Notes: a model not told the origin generated them from the sequence alone. A DNA stretch of 63,051 nt, filler included, from Chrysochromulina tobinii (GCA_001275005.1; 8 parts of 8 records of this genome joined end to end with filler, not necessarily neighbours in it); one strand, 5' to 3'. Shown: positions 33,289-44,022, counted from the first letter of the whole stretch. Made by a program: numbers and translations.

Positions 33289-34106
33289 AAGGAGTGTCGC
33301 GATCACAACGCGAGCACACGCCGAGGCGAGGGACACGCGACGTGCAGTCCTTCGACACAGCATCCTCGCGACGTTCTGACCTTGATCCGATGAGCGGTGC
33401 CCTACGGGTCGTCGCGTACAGCTTTCAGAGGAAGAAGGAGAAGCACGCAGACGTTGACCGAACGCGGTGCCGTTCCGTCCGGTGCAGTACAATTCGATTG
33501 GAGTCTGAACGCGATGTTCGGTTTCGTTTTTAAGCACTCTAAATCCCCGCCATCCCTTCTGAAGTCTGTATTCAGTAATTACGATATTCAGATACCCTAC
33601 TAGTATACTACCATACCGTACTACGACGACGAGATCCGCGCGACGACAGCTAGTATACGACGACACTCGCCGACAAACGCGCCGTTTCCCACAGACAGCA
33701 CCGCCGATAGCGCCGCGATACGCCTCACCGTACGGAGCCGAGTACTTGTGTACTCTTCTTAAGGTCCACCGCACGACCGCTCTGTTATGTTTTGCTCATG
33801 TGCTCTCTTGTGCCGTGATCACCTGCACCATCTTGGCCAGCGGAGGCGGCCGCCACCCTTGCTCCACAGCACAGATGCAGGCCTAGGCTCCCCGGGGCCC
33901 CCCATGGTACGGCGCCATCCGCGCAACTCCTTCCCTTTCCACTCAGACCGGACCTGCGCCGCCACGCGAGGACGCCACGGGCACACGAGCGGGCGTGAGA
34001 GTCGCGGCAGCGCGGGCTCGTCACGCCGGCGCCGGGCCGCACGCAGGGCGCGGGCAGCACGCGCGGCGGCACGGCGCGGCCGCCTCGCCGGGCGGAGGGT
34101 GGGGGG

Positions 34107-34206
34107 NNNNNNNNNNNNNNNNNNNNNNNNNNNNNNNNNNNNNNNNNNNNTTAATTAATTAANNNNNNNNNNNNNNNNNNNNNNNNNNNNNNNNNNNNNN
34201 NNNNNN
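34107..34206. other. Artificial contig spacer
   Basis: N-TTAATTAATTAA-N. Confidence 0.99.
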
Positions 34207-35620
34207 CGTCTTACACGTTCCCGATGCTCCACCCTCCTGACGAGCAGCGATCCACCGCGCACGTGATCGCCCTCACAGGCCGGCAGCGCATTCTCGAGGA
34301 GCTTCAAGCCTTCAACATCGGCGACCTCAGTCTCACGCCAAGGATACCCGAGGACGAGCAGTCGGCAGGCTCCCTTATGCTCTGCGCTCTGCACGGCACC
34401 GCGCCCGCCTTTGCGCTCCGCCCGTCTGACCCAACCATCCTCGCCAGCATGACGGACTCCGTGGGCGAAACCCTCGCGGGATCCTTCGCCGCCTCCACCC
34501 GCGACAAGGACGACGGCCACATGAAGAAATGGCGCAACGTGTGCCAGTTCTTCCACACCCCGGCGCTGCGCACGGACGTCAACGCCAACAGCGGAATCGA
34601 TGCCAACGGCCACGTCACCGAGTGCAAGAACGACTTCTTCGGGATCTTCTTCGCCCCGACCCCGAGCTTCCTCCCCTTTCAGTCGCACTCACCGCGCAAC
34701 GGCGCGCGGGCGATGCGTGCCCTATACCTCGCCGCACTCGACGCAGGTCTCACCCCGGCGCTCGCGAGCACCTCGCCCCTGTTCGGTCCGACGTTCGGCG
34801 CTGAGTTCTCCCACTGGGAGGTTGAGACCTACTTCGAGATCATGATGCGCTTCGGCGCTAACGTCTCCGTCGAAGACCTCAAGGACTACTCAATCCACTC
34901 GTTCCGCATCTTTGTCGCGTGCGCTCTGCTGGCGGCCAACGTGCCTCGTCAGACGATCAAGCGCCTCCTTCGCTGGCGTGGTGATCTCTCGCTCGAGATC
35001 TACGCGCGCCTTAATGACGGCGAATGGGCCACGCACGTCGCCTCCACGTACACGGCCCACATCGACTCTACGATTGCCGCCCGTCTCGCCGCGCTAGGCA
35101 CTCTCGACCTCGAGCACGCAGCACTCAGGCTGCAAACCTTCGGCGCGGCGGCCTAGGCCCTCCCCCGCTTCGCCACGCGCTGGCGCCAGGTCCCCGCGGC
35201 CTCGCCACGCGCTGGCACCAGGTCCCCGCGGCATCGGCGGCGACGGCATCGTGCCCTCTCGCCGCACCAGTGACGGATCGCCCCCTCTCACTTGCCCCCG
35301 CTGCGCCCGCATCGCCGCCCCTCGAGCATCCCTCGAGCATACGCGGCATACAGCACTCCGGACATCCTCCGCACCGCTTGGCGCTGCCCCTTGACGGGCA
35401 GCGCGACGCTCACCGCCTTACGGCGGTCAGCACTCTTCGGCGGCGCGCACAGCTCATCGCCCTACGGCGAGCAGCTTTCGCGCGTTCTCCCGCCTGGGTT
35501 CTATCACCCACCCTCTCCACCCTTCTAGCTGGGCTACCTGGGAGCCTTCTCTTCGTTTTGGGTGTGGCGTGGTCGCGGGGGCACCCCTCCCCCCCCAGAC
35601 CTCGTGTGCATTAACTTGAG
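34207..35620 (+). mobile_element. 3' part of a DIRS/Ngaro-like tyrosine-recombinase element (YR ORF ends 35156)
   Basis: YSIHSFRI (HxxR), IKRLLRW...SLEIYAR (W and catalytic Y), KND hairpin Lys; GC-rich tail with a 31-bp direct repeat (35170-35232). End coordinate approximate. Confidence 0.7.
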
Positions 35621-35875
35621 TTTTTCAGGAGACGAGTCGGTTCAGTCCGTTTGGTTGCTCTCCCACCAGAACCTCATCCAGCTGCTTGGCATCGAATGTG
35701 ACGCGGCTTGTATCACCGGCGCCCACGATTTCAACCTCGAGCCTATCCTTAGGATCCGGCGGGGCGTCGATTCCGGGGCGCGCAATTTCGCGTGTGCTGC
35801 CATTTCCAAGCCCCGTTACCACGGCTATGTTCTCCACGTTGAACGGCAAGCAATCTTCTTCGTTGAGCGGCTCAG

Positions 35876-35960
35876 CTTCGCGTGGTGCCCGTTGTGCACG
35901 TGGTGCCCGTTGTGCACGTGGTGCCCGTTGTGCACGTGGTGCCCGTTGTGCACGTGGTGC
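35876..35960. repeat. 18-bp tandem repeat (cgtggtgcccgttgtgca)
   Basis: About 4.5 units; possibly within a small minus-strand ORF (35625-36011). Confidence 0.8.
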
Positions 35961-36503
35961 CTGTGGAGGAATCTTCTTATTTGGCATTACAGCCGGCATT
36001 ACAGCCCTCAAGCGACGTGTAAGGCCCAGAAGCCGGCAGCGCTGCAGATGCGCTGCGGAAGTTCGTTAGCCGACGTCCCGACCCAACACGACACCCTCGA
36101 GGGCGCACGACGCGCGCACGAGGTTGGTTTACACTGTAGGAGCCTCTCTCGTGGGCTTCTAACGTGTTCTCTGTGTGAGCTCAACTGATCTCCCATGATC
36201 TCCCACGCCTCAGATGTCCACCTGAAAGCACGAGGGGACACGAGGACTGAACCTCTTGACGACAACTGCACGACAACTGGTGTGGAAGCGTAGCACCAAT
36301 GCGTAGCACCCGGATGTCGCCTTGGATTTTTGGTTTTCGCGTGTCGCGAACGTTCACAAGCAAAGCAAGCAATCAGAAAGGAGGGGCTGGCGTTGTCCAC
36401 AGGAAGGAATATATTTGAATGCTGGTTCATTCACACCCAAGTGCAAGTTATGGCGTGTTATGGCAGTTTTTGGCGCGGATAGGATGACGCCGATACAGGG
36501 CCG

Positions 36504-37385
36504 ATGGAGGCGATGGAAAACGAGAGCCCACCGGACGATCCCGTCGACTTCGATCGCGACAAATACGCCCATGAGCTCGTGCCACCTGGGCGTGCGCTTA
36601 AAGGACGGCCGAGGAGAGCGTTGAGCATGGGGCAACTGAAGCCGCACTGTGTCCTGGGCACGTCGCTGCTGCCCCCGTGGCCGCCCGGTTACAAGCGAGC
36701 CGTGTTCGCTGCAGGTTGCTTTTGGGGCCTCGAGAAGGGTCTGTGGCGCCTGCCGGGCGTCCATTCGACCGCGGCCGGGTATTCGTGCGGCTTCACTCCG
36801 AATCCGACGTACTCAGAGGTAAGCACGGGGCTCACCGGGCACACGGAGGCAGTGCTAGTCGTGTTCGACCCAGCACGCCTCTCATTCGCCGACCTCTTGC
36901 GTTGGTTCTGGGAGTGCCATGATCCCACGCAAGGCATGGGACAAGGCAAGGATCGGGGCACGCAGTATCGCAGCGCCATCCTCACCTACGCAGAGGAGCA
37001 CTACATGCTTGTGCTCGCATCTCGCGACGCTTACCAAGCGGCACTTTCGAGCAGCGGCCGCTACTTCTTGTCCGGGCGGCCTATTACCACAGAGATCGCG
37101 CCACCACTCCCTGACACGGCCGAGGTCGACACGGGCGAGCGTGCGACGTTTTACTACGCCGAGGAGGAGCACTTGCAGTACCTCTCACGACCGGAGAGCA
37201 ACCCGTACTGCTCGGCTCAGCCATTGATGATCTCCCTGCCGCCATTTGAGACGTGGGCGCCCGCTGCTTTGGGCGAAGCAGCGTTGCAGCACACGCCTAA
37301 GCTGTCGGAAGCTTTCTGGACCAAGCACGCTCCCGTCGAGCACTGCGCGCTGCGCCGGCCCAATGTGCCTATCGAAACTGTATAG
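36504..37385 (+). CDS. msrA: Peptide methionine sulfoxide reductase A
   Basis: [25 protein letters not shown]...[21 protein letters not shown]. Confidence 0.96.
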   Translation: MEAMENESPPDDPVDFDRDKYAHELVPPGRALKGRPRRALSMGQLKPHCVLGTSLLPPWPPGYKRAVFAAGCFWGLEKGLWRLPGVHSTAAGYSCGFTPNPTYSEVSTGLTGHTEAVLVVFDPARLSFADLLRWFWECHDPTQGMGQGKDRGTQYRSAILTYAEEHYMLVLASRDAYQAALSSSGRYFLSGRPITTEIAPPLPDTAEVDTGERATFYYAEEEHLQYLSRPESNPYCSAQPLMISLPPFETWAPAALGEAALQHTPKLSEAFWTKHAPVEHCALRRPNVPIETV

Positions 37386-37487
37386 CGATGCGCTGTTGCT
37401 TGGCTATCGTGCGTGTAATATTTTTTTGGTGACGAACAGCCGTTTTCACAGTCAACGGTTATCATTCACAGCGAAAATCGTGTAAAA

Positions 37488-39410
37488 ATGCGAGGCGTCA
37501 AGCGTGGGATCGACTCTGAAGACGTGGCCACATCCATGGTGAGCGACCCGAACTATGCACCTTACCTGAGCGACACCGACTATGCAGACTACCTGCGACT
37601 TCTCAAGGAGCTCATTTCTCATCGCACGGTGTGCACGGACGAAGCATCATTGCACCGTGTAATCACTCATTGCTCCGCACACTTTACTGCCGCGCTTGCT
37701 CCGCTAGGGTGGTCGATACGTCGCGATGCCGCGGGCAACCTCTGCTGCATCCCGGCCGCGGTTGATACATCGAGACCAGTTCTATGGCTCAACGCTCACG
37801 TCGACACCGTCGACGCGTCCCATGCGGACTTTGGCGGTTGTGACCCCTTTACGTGCATTGAGAGCGAGACACATCTCATCGGAAGGGGCGCGAACGACTG
37901 CAAAGCCGGCGTCGCATTCATGATGTGGTACGGCGAGCAGCTGGCAAAGGGCAGGCTGCCCGCCTTCAACGGAGGCTTCCTGGTCACGCGGCGCGAGGAG
38001 GCCGGCTCAAAGCTTCCTCGCACCGCCTGTCAATTCGCGTCAGACTTGACCTCCGGTCGGCTCCCGATGAGCACGCTGCCTCGGAGCACCTACATCTGGA
38101 TCTTGGAGAATACCGTCTCGCTCGCGACTCACCTCAAGCAGCCGGTGCCGGAGGTGGCCGTATACGATCGAGAACGCCACTCGCTCTTACTGCTCTGCCA
38201 TGGAACTCTCGCGTCCTTAGGGCACGCTTTGCTTGGACTCGCAGACCATCACGAATGGAAGACCGTGGCCATCTGGCCCTCGGTGCGTGCTGCAGGAGCT
38301 CATGTGCTGCAGGAGCTCACGTTGGCCGAGGCTGCGCACGCTCTCGTGGCTGAGGGAGTCGAGAAGGTTCGAGGAGGTTTCCGAGAAGGTTCGAGGACCT
38401 CGCGGAGGCGCATCGAACCAGACGAAGCTCTGGAACGTCTTCGCGTGCCGCCCATGGCGCTTTCACAGCATACCCACGAGGGTGGCCACTCGTGCACCGT
38501 GCCGAACGCAGGCAATCGCATCTTTCAATGCCTCGTCCACGAAGCGGTACATGCATCCGAGCGGTGTGACGGTGTTGAGTTGCCTCCGGCGGCGTTGCCT
38601 GCGTGGGCTTCGATGATGACGATGAGCGCAGGCACGCATGGCAGTGGGCACGGCAGCGCCCCAGCCGGCGGTCGAGATGGAGGCGCAGGCGACGGCTCTG
38701 GCGAGCTAGAAGGCACGGCGCTTGGCACGGCGCTTTTGTGGAGCGGTTTCGAGTCTCAGCCGACACGCGTCGCCTCGAGCGTCACCTCGTTGCCGCGATC
38801 GGCGCTGCCGCGATCTCCGGCGATCGAGCTATCGAGACCTCCGGCGATCTCCAGCGAGCCGGGCGTCGATCGCCCCTCGTGCGGCTCGTGTGCCTCGGAT
38901 CAAGAGCACACCCTTGTGCTCAACTATCGTGGGCTCAAGTCACGTACGGAGCTCGAAGCCCAGATACAGGCGCTCGTTACGACGCTTGGGCAAGAGGGCC
39001 TCGAATGGTCGGCCGGCTCGGATCTCGACAGCGGGATCGGCGCGCAGCAGAAGGAGTTCATCTTAGCGTCCCAGCTGCCGCAGGTGGTCGAGGATGTCGT
39101 CGAGAGCCTCAATGGCGCCGTGACACTGAAGTATGAGCCCAATCCCGGACGGAGCGATGCGAGTCACCTTTGGCGCAGCTTGCCGGAAGATCTGCGAGGC
39201 AAGCGTGTCGTGCCCTTCACCTGCGGCCCAGGGCACCGCTCACACCTGTGCCAGCAGGAGAGGGTGATGCGCAAGACCCACGGCCCCAACGAGGGGTTTC
39301 ACAAGAGCACTGGAAGGGCGACGCTTCCATTCTTTGTGGAGCTCGTGCGCCGATTCCGCCTTCCCACAGCGAAGGCGAGTGGCCAACAGGTGGCGGCCTC
39401 CTCGGATTGA
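37488..39410 (+). CDS. M20 family metallopeptidase/deacylase (ArgE/DapE-like)
   Basis: NAHVDTV, GRGANDCKAG, REE, SDA, GPG...HGPNE. Confidence 0.85.
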   Translation: MRGVKRGIDSEDVATSMVSDPNYAPYLSDTDYADYLRLLKELISHRTVCTDEASLHRVITHCSAHFTAALAPLGWSIRRDAAGNLCCIPAAVDTSRPVLWLNAHVDTVDASHADFGGCDPFTCIESETHLIGRGANDCKAGVAFMMWYGEQLAKGRLPAFNGGFLVTRREEAGSKLPRTACQFASDLTSGRLPMSTLPRSTYIWILENTVSLATHLKQPVPEVAVYDRERHSLLLLCHGTLASLGHALLGLADHHEWKTVAIWPSVRAAGAHVLQELTLAEAAHALVAEGVEKVRGGFREGSRTSRRRIEPDEALERLRVPPMALSQHTHEGGHSCTVPNAGNRIFQCLVHEAVHASERCDGVELPPAALPAWASMMTMSAGTHGSGHGSAPAGGRDGGAGDGSGELEGTALGTALLWSGFESQPTRVASSVTSLPRSALPRSPAIELSRPPAISSEPGVDRPSCGSCASDQEHTLVLNYRGLKSRTELEAQIQALVTTLGQEGLEWSAGSDLDSGIGAQQKEFILASQLPQVVEDVVESLNGAVTLKYEPNPGRSDASHLWRSLPEDLRGKRVVPFTCGPGHRSHLCQQERVMRKTHGPNEGFHKSTGRATLPFFVELVRRFRLPTAKASGQQVAASSD

Positions 39411-39747
39411 GTCGGACGCCTCGCTGTCTCGGCGAGAGCGAGTTGGCCCTTGTTGGGCGCGGACTCAGAGGCTCAGGTCTCAGCCTTTTATTCACGACAC
39501 ACCCCTTTTCACATGGTATTTTTGCTTTGTATCCTAACGATCGCCCAAATCATCCGACGTGTTATATGGTATTTGGAGGGGTTTGCTATATTTGAGGAGG
39601 GCGGAGGCGCACACCGGCGGCTACGTCGGCGGCTCTCCAGTGACAAACGGTAATCGGTATACGGCCAACTGAGCAGTAAAGTGGGGGAATCTAGCAAGAT
39701 TCCTGACATGTCCGGATTTCCGAGACCCTCCTTGGTGTCCGGGAGGG

Positions 39748-39847
39748 NNNNNNNNNNNNNNNNNNNNNNNNNNNNNNNNNNNNNNNNNNNNTTAATTAAT
39801 TAANNNNNNNNNNNNNNNNNNNNNNNNNNNNNNNNNNNNNNNNNNNN
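39748..39847. other. Artificial contig spacer
   Basis: N-TTAATTAATTAA-N. Confidence 0.99.
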
Positions 39848-40314
39848 AACAACGAGATATTGAACCGAGCGTGTCTGAGATGGTCAAGTACGACATGGTC
39901 GACGAATTTATCAGCCATCTCGGCCTGAAGGCTTTCCCCGGCAGAAAGCTGCGCAGCATGCTGCTGCCACTACCGCCGGATGCAATGGTATTATGACTCG
40001 GACTCAGACTGAAGCGACTAGGACTCACTCTCTGATGAGCCCGATGCTCGTCACATCTGATGAAACTGGCTTGGAAAGCGTAGGGGGCGAAATTGAGAGC
40101 GGCAGGGCCGATGGAAGCAAGGGTGTGCGGAGGCGACGCACTGAAGATGATTGCCTCGCCCACGGTGACTGGCTGCCAGGCGAGCAGCATAGCAACCAGC
40201 TCAACCCGAACCCAAGCAGTGTCGAGCGTCTGTTCATTGACGGCGAGCACATTGGCCACCTTGGGCTTCTTGCTGCCTGCCAGCCACGCGGGATCCAGAT
40301 CATAAATGGACAGG

Positions 40315-40330
40315 AACCCTAACCCTAACC
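40315..40330. repeat. Interstitial telomere-type repeat (AACCCT)2.7
   Basis: aaccctaaccctaacc at the left edge of the lower-GC island. Confidence 0.7.
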
Positions 40331-40336
40331 TTTAAC

Positions 40337-40603
40337 ATGGCAAACACGGTCACCAAGATCCGCCTCTGGATACGTCGTGCGATAACAAGGTTACATCAAT
40401 CCACGGCAGTTGCATTGGAGAGAATGAATTTCATTAAGATGTGGAGTCAAACACCCGAAGACTTTAGGGACATGGACAGGATTTTCAGACAAACTGGATC
40501 GTTCACTAGGAGGTTCGCGCCGCCCCGTGATCTAGAGTCCGTAGCCCGTGAAGTAGCAGATCTGAAGAGGCGGGCTGCTATGCGTGGGGGTTCTTCAAGA
40601 TAA
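40337..40603 (+). CDS. Small orphan protein (88 aa)
   Basis: ATG 6 nt after the telomeric repeat; converges on and overlaps the next ORF. Confidence 0.45.
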   Translation: MANTVTKIRLWIRRAITRLHQSTAVALERMNFIKMWSQTPEDFRDMDRIFRQTGSFTRRFAPPRDLESVAREVADLKRRAAMRGGSSR

Positions 40604-40853
40604 CCTCCTCGATCGTCCGTCCATTCAGCGCCCTCGCGCGCTCGTCCGGGAGCATGCGCAGGAGTCGGTTCGCTTCGACCGAGCTGTGCCGGTGCTCGAG
40701 CCAGTCGAGCGCGTGCTCGGAGTCGCAGAAGTACCAGTCGAGCGGCCCGTCGCGCAGCTTGAACAGGTCCTGCATCGCCGCGCGCTTGCAGCACCAGCGG
40801 CACCACGAGCGCGTCAAGCGGCGGCAGGGTCGCAGTCTGACAAAAATGGCCAT
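40578..40853 (-). CDS. Small protein with TRASH/zf-FCS-like Zn finger (91 aa)
   Basis: CRWC...WYFCDSEH; strong GC3 codon bias on this strand. Confidence 0.6.
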   Translation of the reverse strand: MAIFVRLRPCRRLTRSWCRWCCKRAAMQDLFKLRDGPLDWYFCDSEHALDWLEHRHSSVEANRLLRMLPDERARALNGRTIEEVILKNPHA

Positions 40854-40908
40854 CTGGATGAAGTGCTCGCTATTTCCAGAATGGAAATTTCCAAATGTTG
40901 TGCTGAAA

Positions 40909-41364
40909 ATGTCGCGCGTCCCATCGTTGAAAGACCTCGCGTTCTCGGCGATACCGTCGCGTGTCCCGTCGTTGAAACAACTCGCGCGCGCTGCTGTGGC
41001 GGCCAACCGCCCACCTTTGCCTGCGCACACACTAGCACGGCGACAGTACGACCATAAGGTGGATGTGACCCCGAGGCTTATCAGGAGACTCTGGGATGCA
41101 ATCTTTGAGGCGGTCGCAAGAACTACCAATTTTGGGAACGACGTCCTCACCCTGCTCACACCCCATTTGGAATTATGGCGGAGGGAGGGTGATTGGAAGA
41201 TCTTTGACATACCGCGTCCACCATCAATCAGACTACGTGGCAACGAAGGGGATAATGACATACGTCCATCGGAGGACCGGGTTGGCTCATACGTTGAGGT
41301 GCAACGTAAGGAGGTGCCTGTCGACGGTAAGCGACGTCCATCGCCATTTCTAGGCGCCTGGTAG
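40909..41364 (+). CDS. Small orphan protein with two tandem N-terminal BC-box-like motifs
   Basis: CTGAAAATG start; MSRVPSLKDLAFSAIPSRVPSLKQLARAAV. Confidence 0.6.
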   Translation: MSRVPSLKDLAFSAIPSRVPSLKQLARAAVAANRPPLPAHTLARRQYDHKVDVTPRLIRRLWDAIFEAVARTTNFGNDVLTLLTPHLELWRREGDWKIFDIPRPPSIRLRGNEGDNDIRPSEDRVGSYVEVQRKEVPVDGKRRPSPFLGAW

Positions 41365-41373
41365 GGTTGAGTG

Positions 41374-41886
41374 CTAATACGCTCGCTCCAGTTCCCATGA
41401 AGTTTCACAGTTACTTTTAGAAATTACCGGTGTGACGTGCCGTGTTGGGCGTCTAAAAATGCGTCTCCCAGAGTCGCGGAGGGTAATCACCCCCAGTCGG
41501 CTCGTAAAAACGTTCTGGGCGACGAAGTCGAGAACCACGACCAGGGCCCTGCCATTCAGGCCTAGTCCCGCTGAGCGTCCAGCCATTTGCCCCTTGGGTG
41601 AGAGAGAGCTGCCCTGGGTCGCGTTCGGCTTTGCTTTGATCATTTCCTTGACATAATCTCTCATCGTTAACATCTTCTTCACTAGATACCCAAACAAATA
41701 CCCGGGACCTAGGAATGCATAAACGTTCCTGTCGGTCCAGTTCCCAGGCATGTTAAACAAATTCCCACTGGATACCAACCACTCTCGCTCGCGACGTAAC
41801 CTTTGCGAGTGACCAACAATTCCTCGTGGTTCTTTACGCATTGCACGCAGTGCGAGAGTTTGTAAAGAAGGTACATTAGACGCCAT
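41374..41886 (-). CDS. Small orphan protein with N-terminal BC-box-like motif; possibly frameshifted (alternative stop 41453)
   Basis: CTGAAAATG start; MASNVPSLQTLALRAM. Confidence 0.55.
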   Translation of the reverse strand: MASNVPSLQTLALRAMRKEPRGIVGHSQRLRREREWLVSSGNLFNMPGNWTDRNVYAFLGPGYLFGYLVKKMLTMRDYVKEMIKAKPNATQGSSLSPKGQMAGRSAGLGLNGRALVVVLDFVAQNVFTSRLGVITLRDSGRRIFRRPTRHVTPVISKSNCETSWELERAY

Positions 41887-41898
41887 TTTCAGAAGGCT

Positions 41899-41923
41899 GC
41901 GGTTACCGCGTCGTGTTGGGCGC
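41899..41923 (-). promoter_or_regulatory. Conserved island motif GCGCCCAACACGACGCGnnAACCGC
   Basis: Second copy on + at 42514-42538 (17-nt exact core); 11-nt core also at 41441-41451. Confidence 0.55.
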
Positions 41924-42247
41924 TTAAGCTCTTCGCACTACGTTTCCAAATGGCCACATGTCCCCAGGTTCGTGGCGCACTTCAAAATCTTCCGCATGTA
42001 TGCGTCTCTGGTTGATAGGTACTGGTGGAAATACTGTGTTCCACCAGCTTTGCGTTCCCTTGAAGCCCAGAGGGATGTTATGTCTATCCCCCCACCTTGC
42101 ATTTGTTCGAGTCCGGTTAAAAAACATTAGGTCTCCAAAGCGTCTCTCGTAATCAATTGCAGGTGTATTCCAATTCCACACATAACCAAGATTGGGATAC
42201 CGCGGTTGATTACACACGAGGTGTTCATCGTTCACGATGGGTTTCAT
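41924..42247 (-). CDS. Small Trp/Asn-rich orphan protein (107 aa)
   Basis: ATG-start ORF in AT-richer DNA; stop is immediately followed by the conserved motif. Confidence 0.5.
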   Translation of the reverse strand: MKPIVNDEHLVCNQPRYPNLGYVWNWNTPAIDYERRFGDLMFFNRTRTNARWGDRHNIPLGFKGTQSWWNTVFPPVPINQRRIHAEDFEVRHEPGDMWPFGNVVRRA

Positions 42248-43818
42248 TGGAAGACATTACCACGAACACAACTGACGTTGACTTGAGCGTACGTTTATAC
42301 CGGAACGTGAATTACATGTTCACTCCTCTACTGGAGAGGGCCCAGACTGCGTTTTGGTCTTACCCCTTTAGGATAGTAGGGTTAGTAGGCCAACTCGGTG
42401 GTACTTTGAGGTTTTTTTTTACAATACACGATCGCCGGGACGACCACAACAACAAGGATGCCCATCAGCGACTTTGGAAAGATTACGTTTCATTCCAGAT
42501 GAAAGTAGTTCACGCGCCCAACACGACGCGTCAACCGCCATATGCTGCAAGATGCCATACTGCAGTGTGAAACGTCCACAAAATTCACACGCGAGGCCCG
42601 ACCGCGGTGCGTCGGTCCGAAACGGCGAGGTCGAGCTCATGAGTCGAGGTCGAGGTTCGTCGATATGAACGACCAGTGGACGTTTCAGTGTGAAATCCAA
42701 AAACGTCACCCCCTTCGTGACGAAACGTCGACCGACGAAACGACCCCCAAACCCGACCGACCTCGGCCGCATCTCGGACGAAACCGCGTGATTGCATATG
42801 GACCAGTAACGTTCCCGCACTCTGGAGTGTCACGTATGTCTGCCAGTGTCAGACTTATGATTCAGGGTCATAGTGCGCGACGGGCTTCGTCAAGGGTTCG
42901 TCAGAGTCATCAACTAATTAAAATCTCGGAGATTAAATCTGAACCATATACAGTCATACAAAGTACTTGACGCGTACATAGTTGTGAACTTTGTGATTTG
43001 TGAGCATAAATTTTCTATGTCTGCAACGAACTGCTCTACCATAAGGCTCAAGTGGAGCACGCGTGAGCGCGATGAGCCGAGATGACCCCGAGAGACAGGG
43101 CTCAGAAAACCCGTGAGCCCGGACTGTGAACTTAGAACTTCTCATGTGTAAACACACCGCGGTCTCACCCTCGCCGTCTCTGCGAGCGCCTACATATCAC
43201 CCGGGAGATGCTTGCTGCCCAAGGAATCGTCCTGAATCGACGAAACCATCGAGAACCGCGTCGTCTGGCGCAACGTATATGATCTCGTTCCCGGCGGGCG
43301 ATACTATCGCGTCACATGCGACGTTCGGGTTGCTCCTGACGCTCGTTTCTACGATCCTACAGCATACCAGTGGCGTGCCCTTGAAGTGCGATGAAGCACC
43401 TATGAACACCTATGCGCACCCGCTGCACCGCTTGAGGGCCGTCATCCCTCAGGTGACTCCTCTGCCCGAGCGCCGACGCCTTGGCCTTGGAAGGCGAGCG
43501 ACGCTGGCCGTGGACGCCGGCAGCATCACCACGCGAGCGTGACGGCTTGGCAGGCGAGCTCGATTGACTGCGCTCGCCCCTGGACATTCGGCTTCCTCAG
43601 TCCAACTTCGACTCTCACAGTCCAAAAAGCGCCGTCGAAGATTGTGAATAGCAGTGAACGTCAACCCCCCCTCGAAGTGTCACCTTGACAGCCTGAAGGT
43701 GTGTGGGCAGTTTTGCTTCCGCAATTGGTCCAACTCCTGTGCGTGCAAAGTTGTATAAGCCCACTGATAGGGTTTCGTCGCGCCTTCGCGCGCCGCTCTG
43801 CTGCTGTGTCACGCGCGG

Positions 43819-43918
43819 NNNNNNNNNNNNNNNNNNNNNNNNNNNNNNNNNNNNNNNNNNNNTTAATTAATTAANNNNNNNNNNNNNNNNNNNNNNNNNN
43901 NNNNNNNNNNNNNNNNNN
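43819..43918. other. Artificial contig spacer
   Basis: N-TTAATTAATTAA-N. Confidence 0.99.
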
Positions 43919-44022
43919 CACGCTCACGCTCGCTGCCACCCCGCCCGAGCTGGAGCGCATGATCGGGATCCGCTTCATGCCGCAGATCACTGAGAAGGTC
44001 GAGGAGGATGAAGAGGTTGAGA

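Larger units (their letters stand above)
40331..42970. mobile_element. Lower-GC, gene-dense, intronless island; probable endogenous viral element fragment
   Basis: Two counted lines are 40% and 52% GC, clearly below host genes; 90-170 aa orphan ORFs closely packed; shared start context and intergenic motif. No capsid, ATPase or polymerase hallmark seen; boundaries approximate. Confidence 0.5.

Noticed and set aside
43126..43818. Possible degraded minus-strand coding sequence right of the island
   Set aside because: Interrupted by stops and has no recognisable motif.
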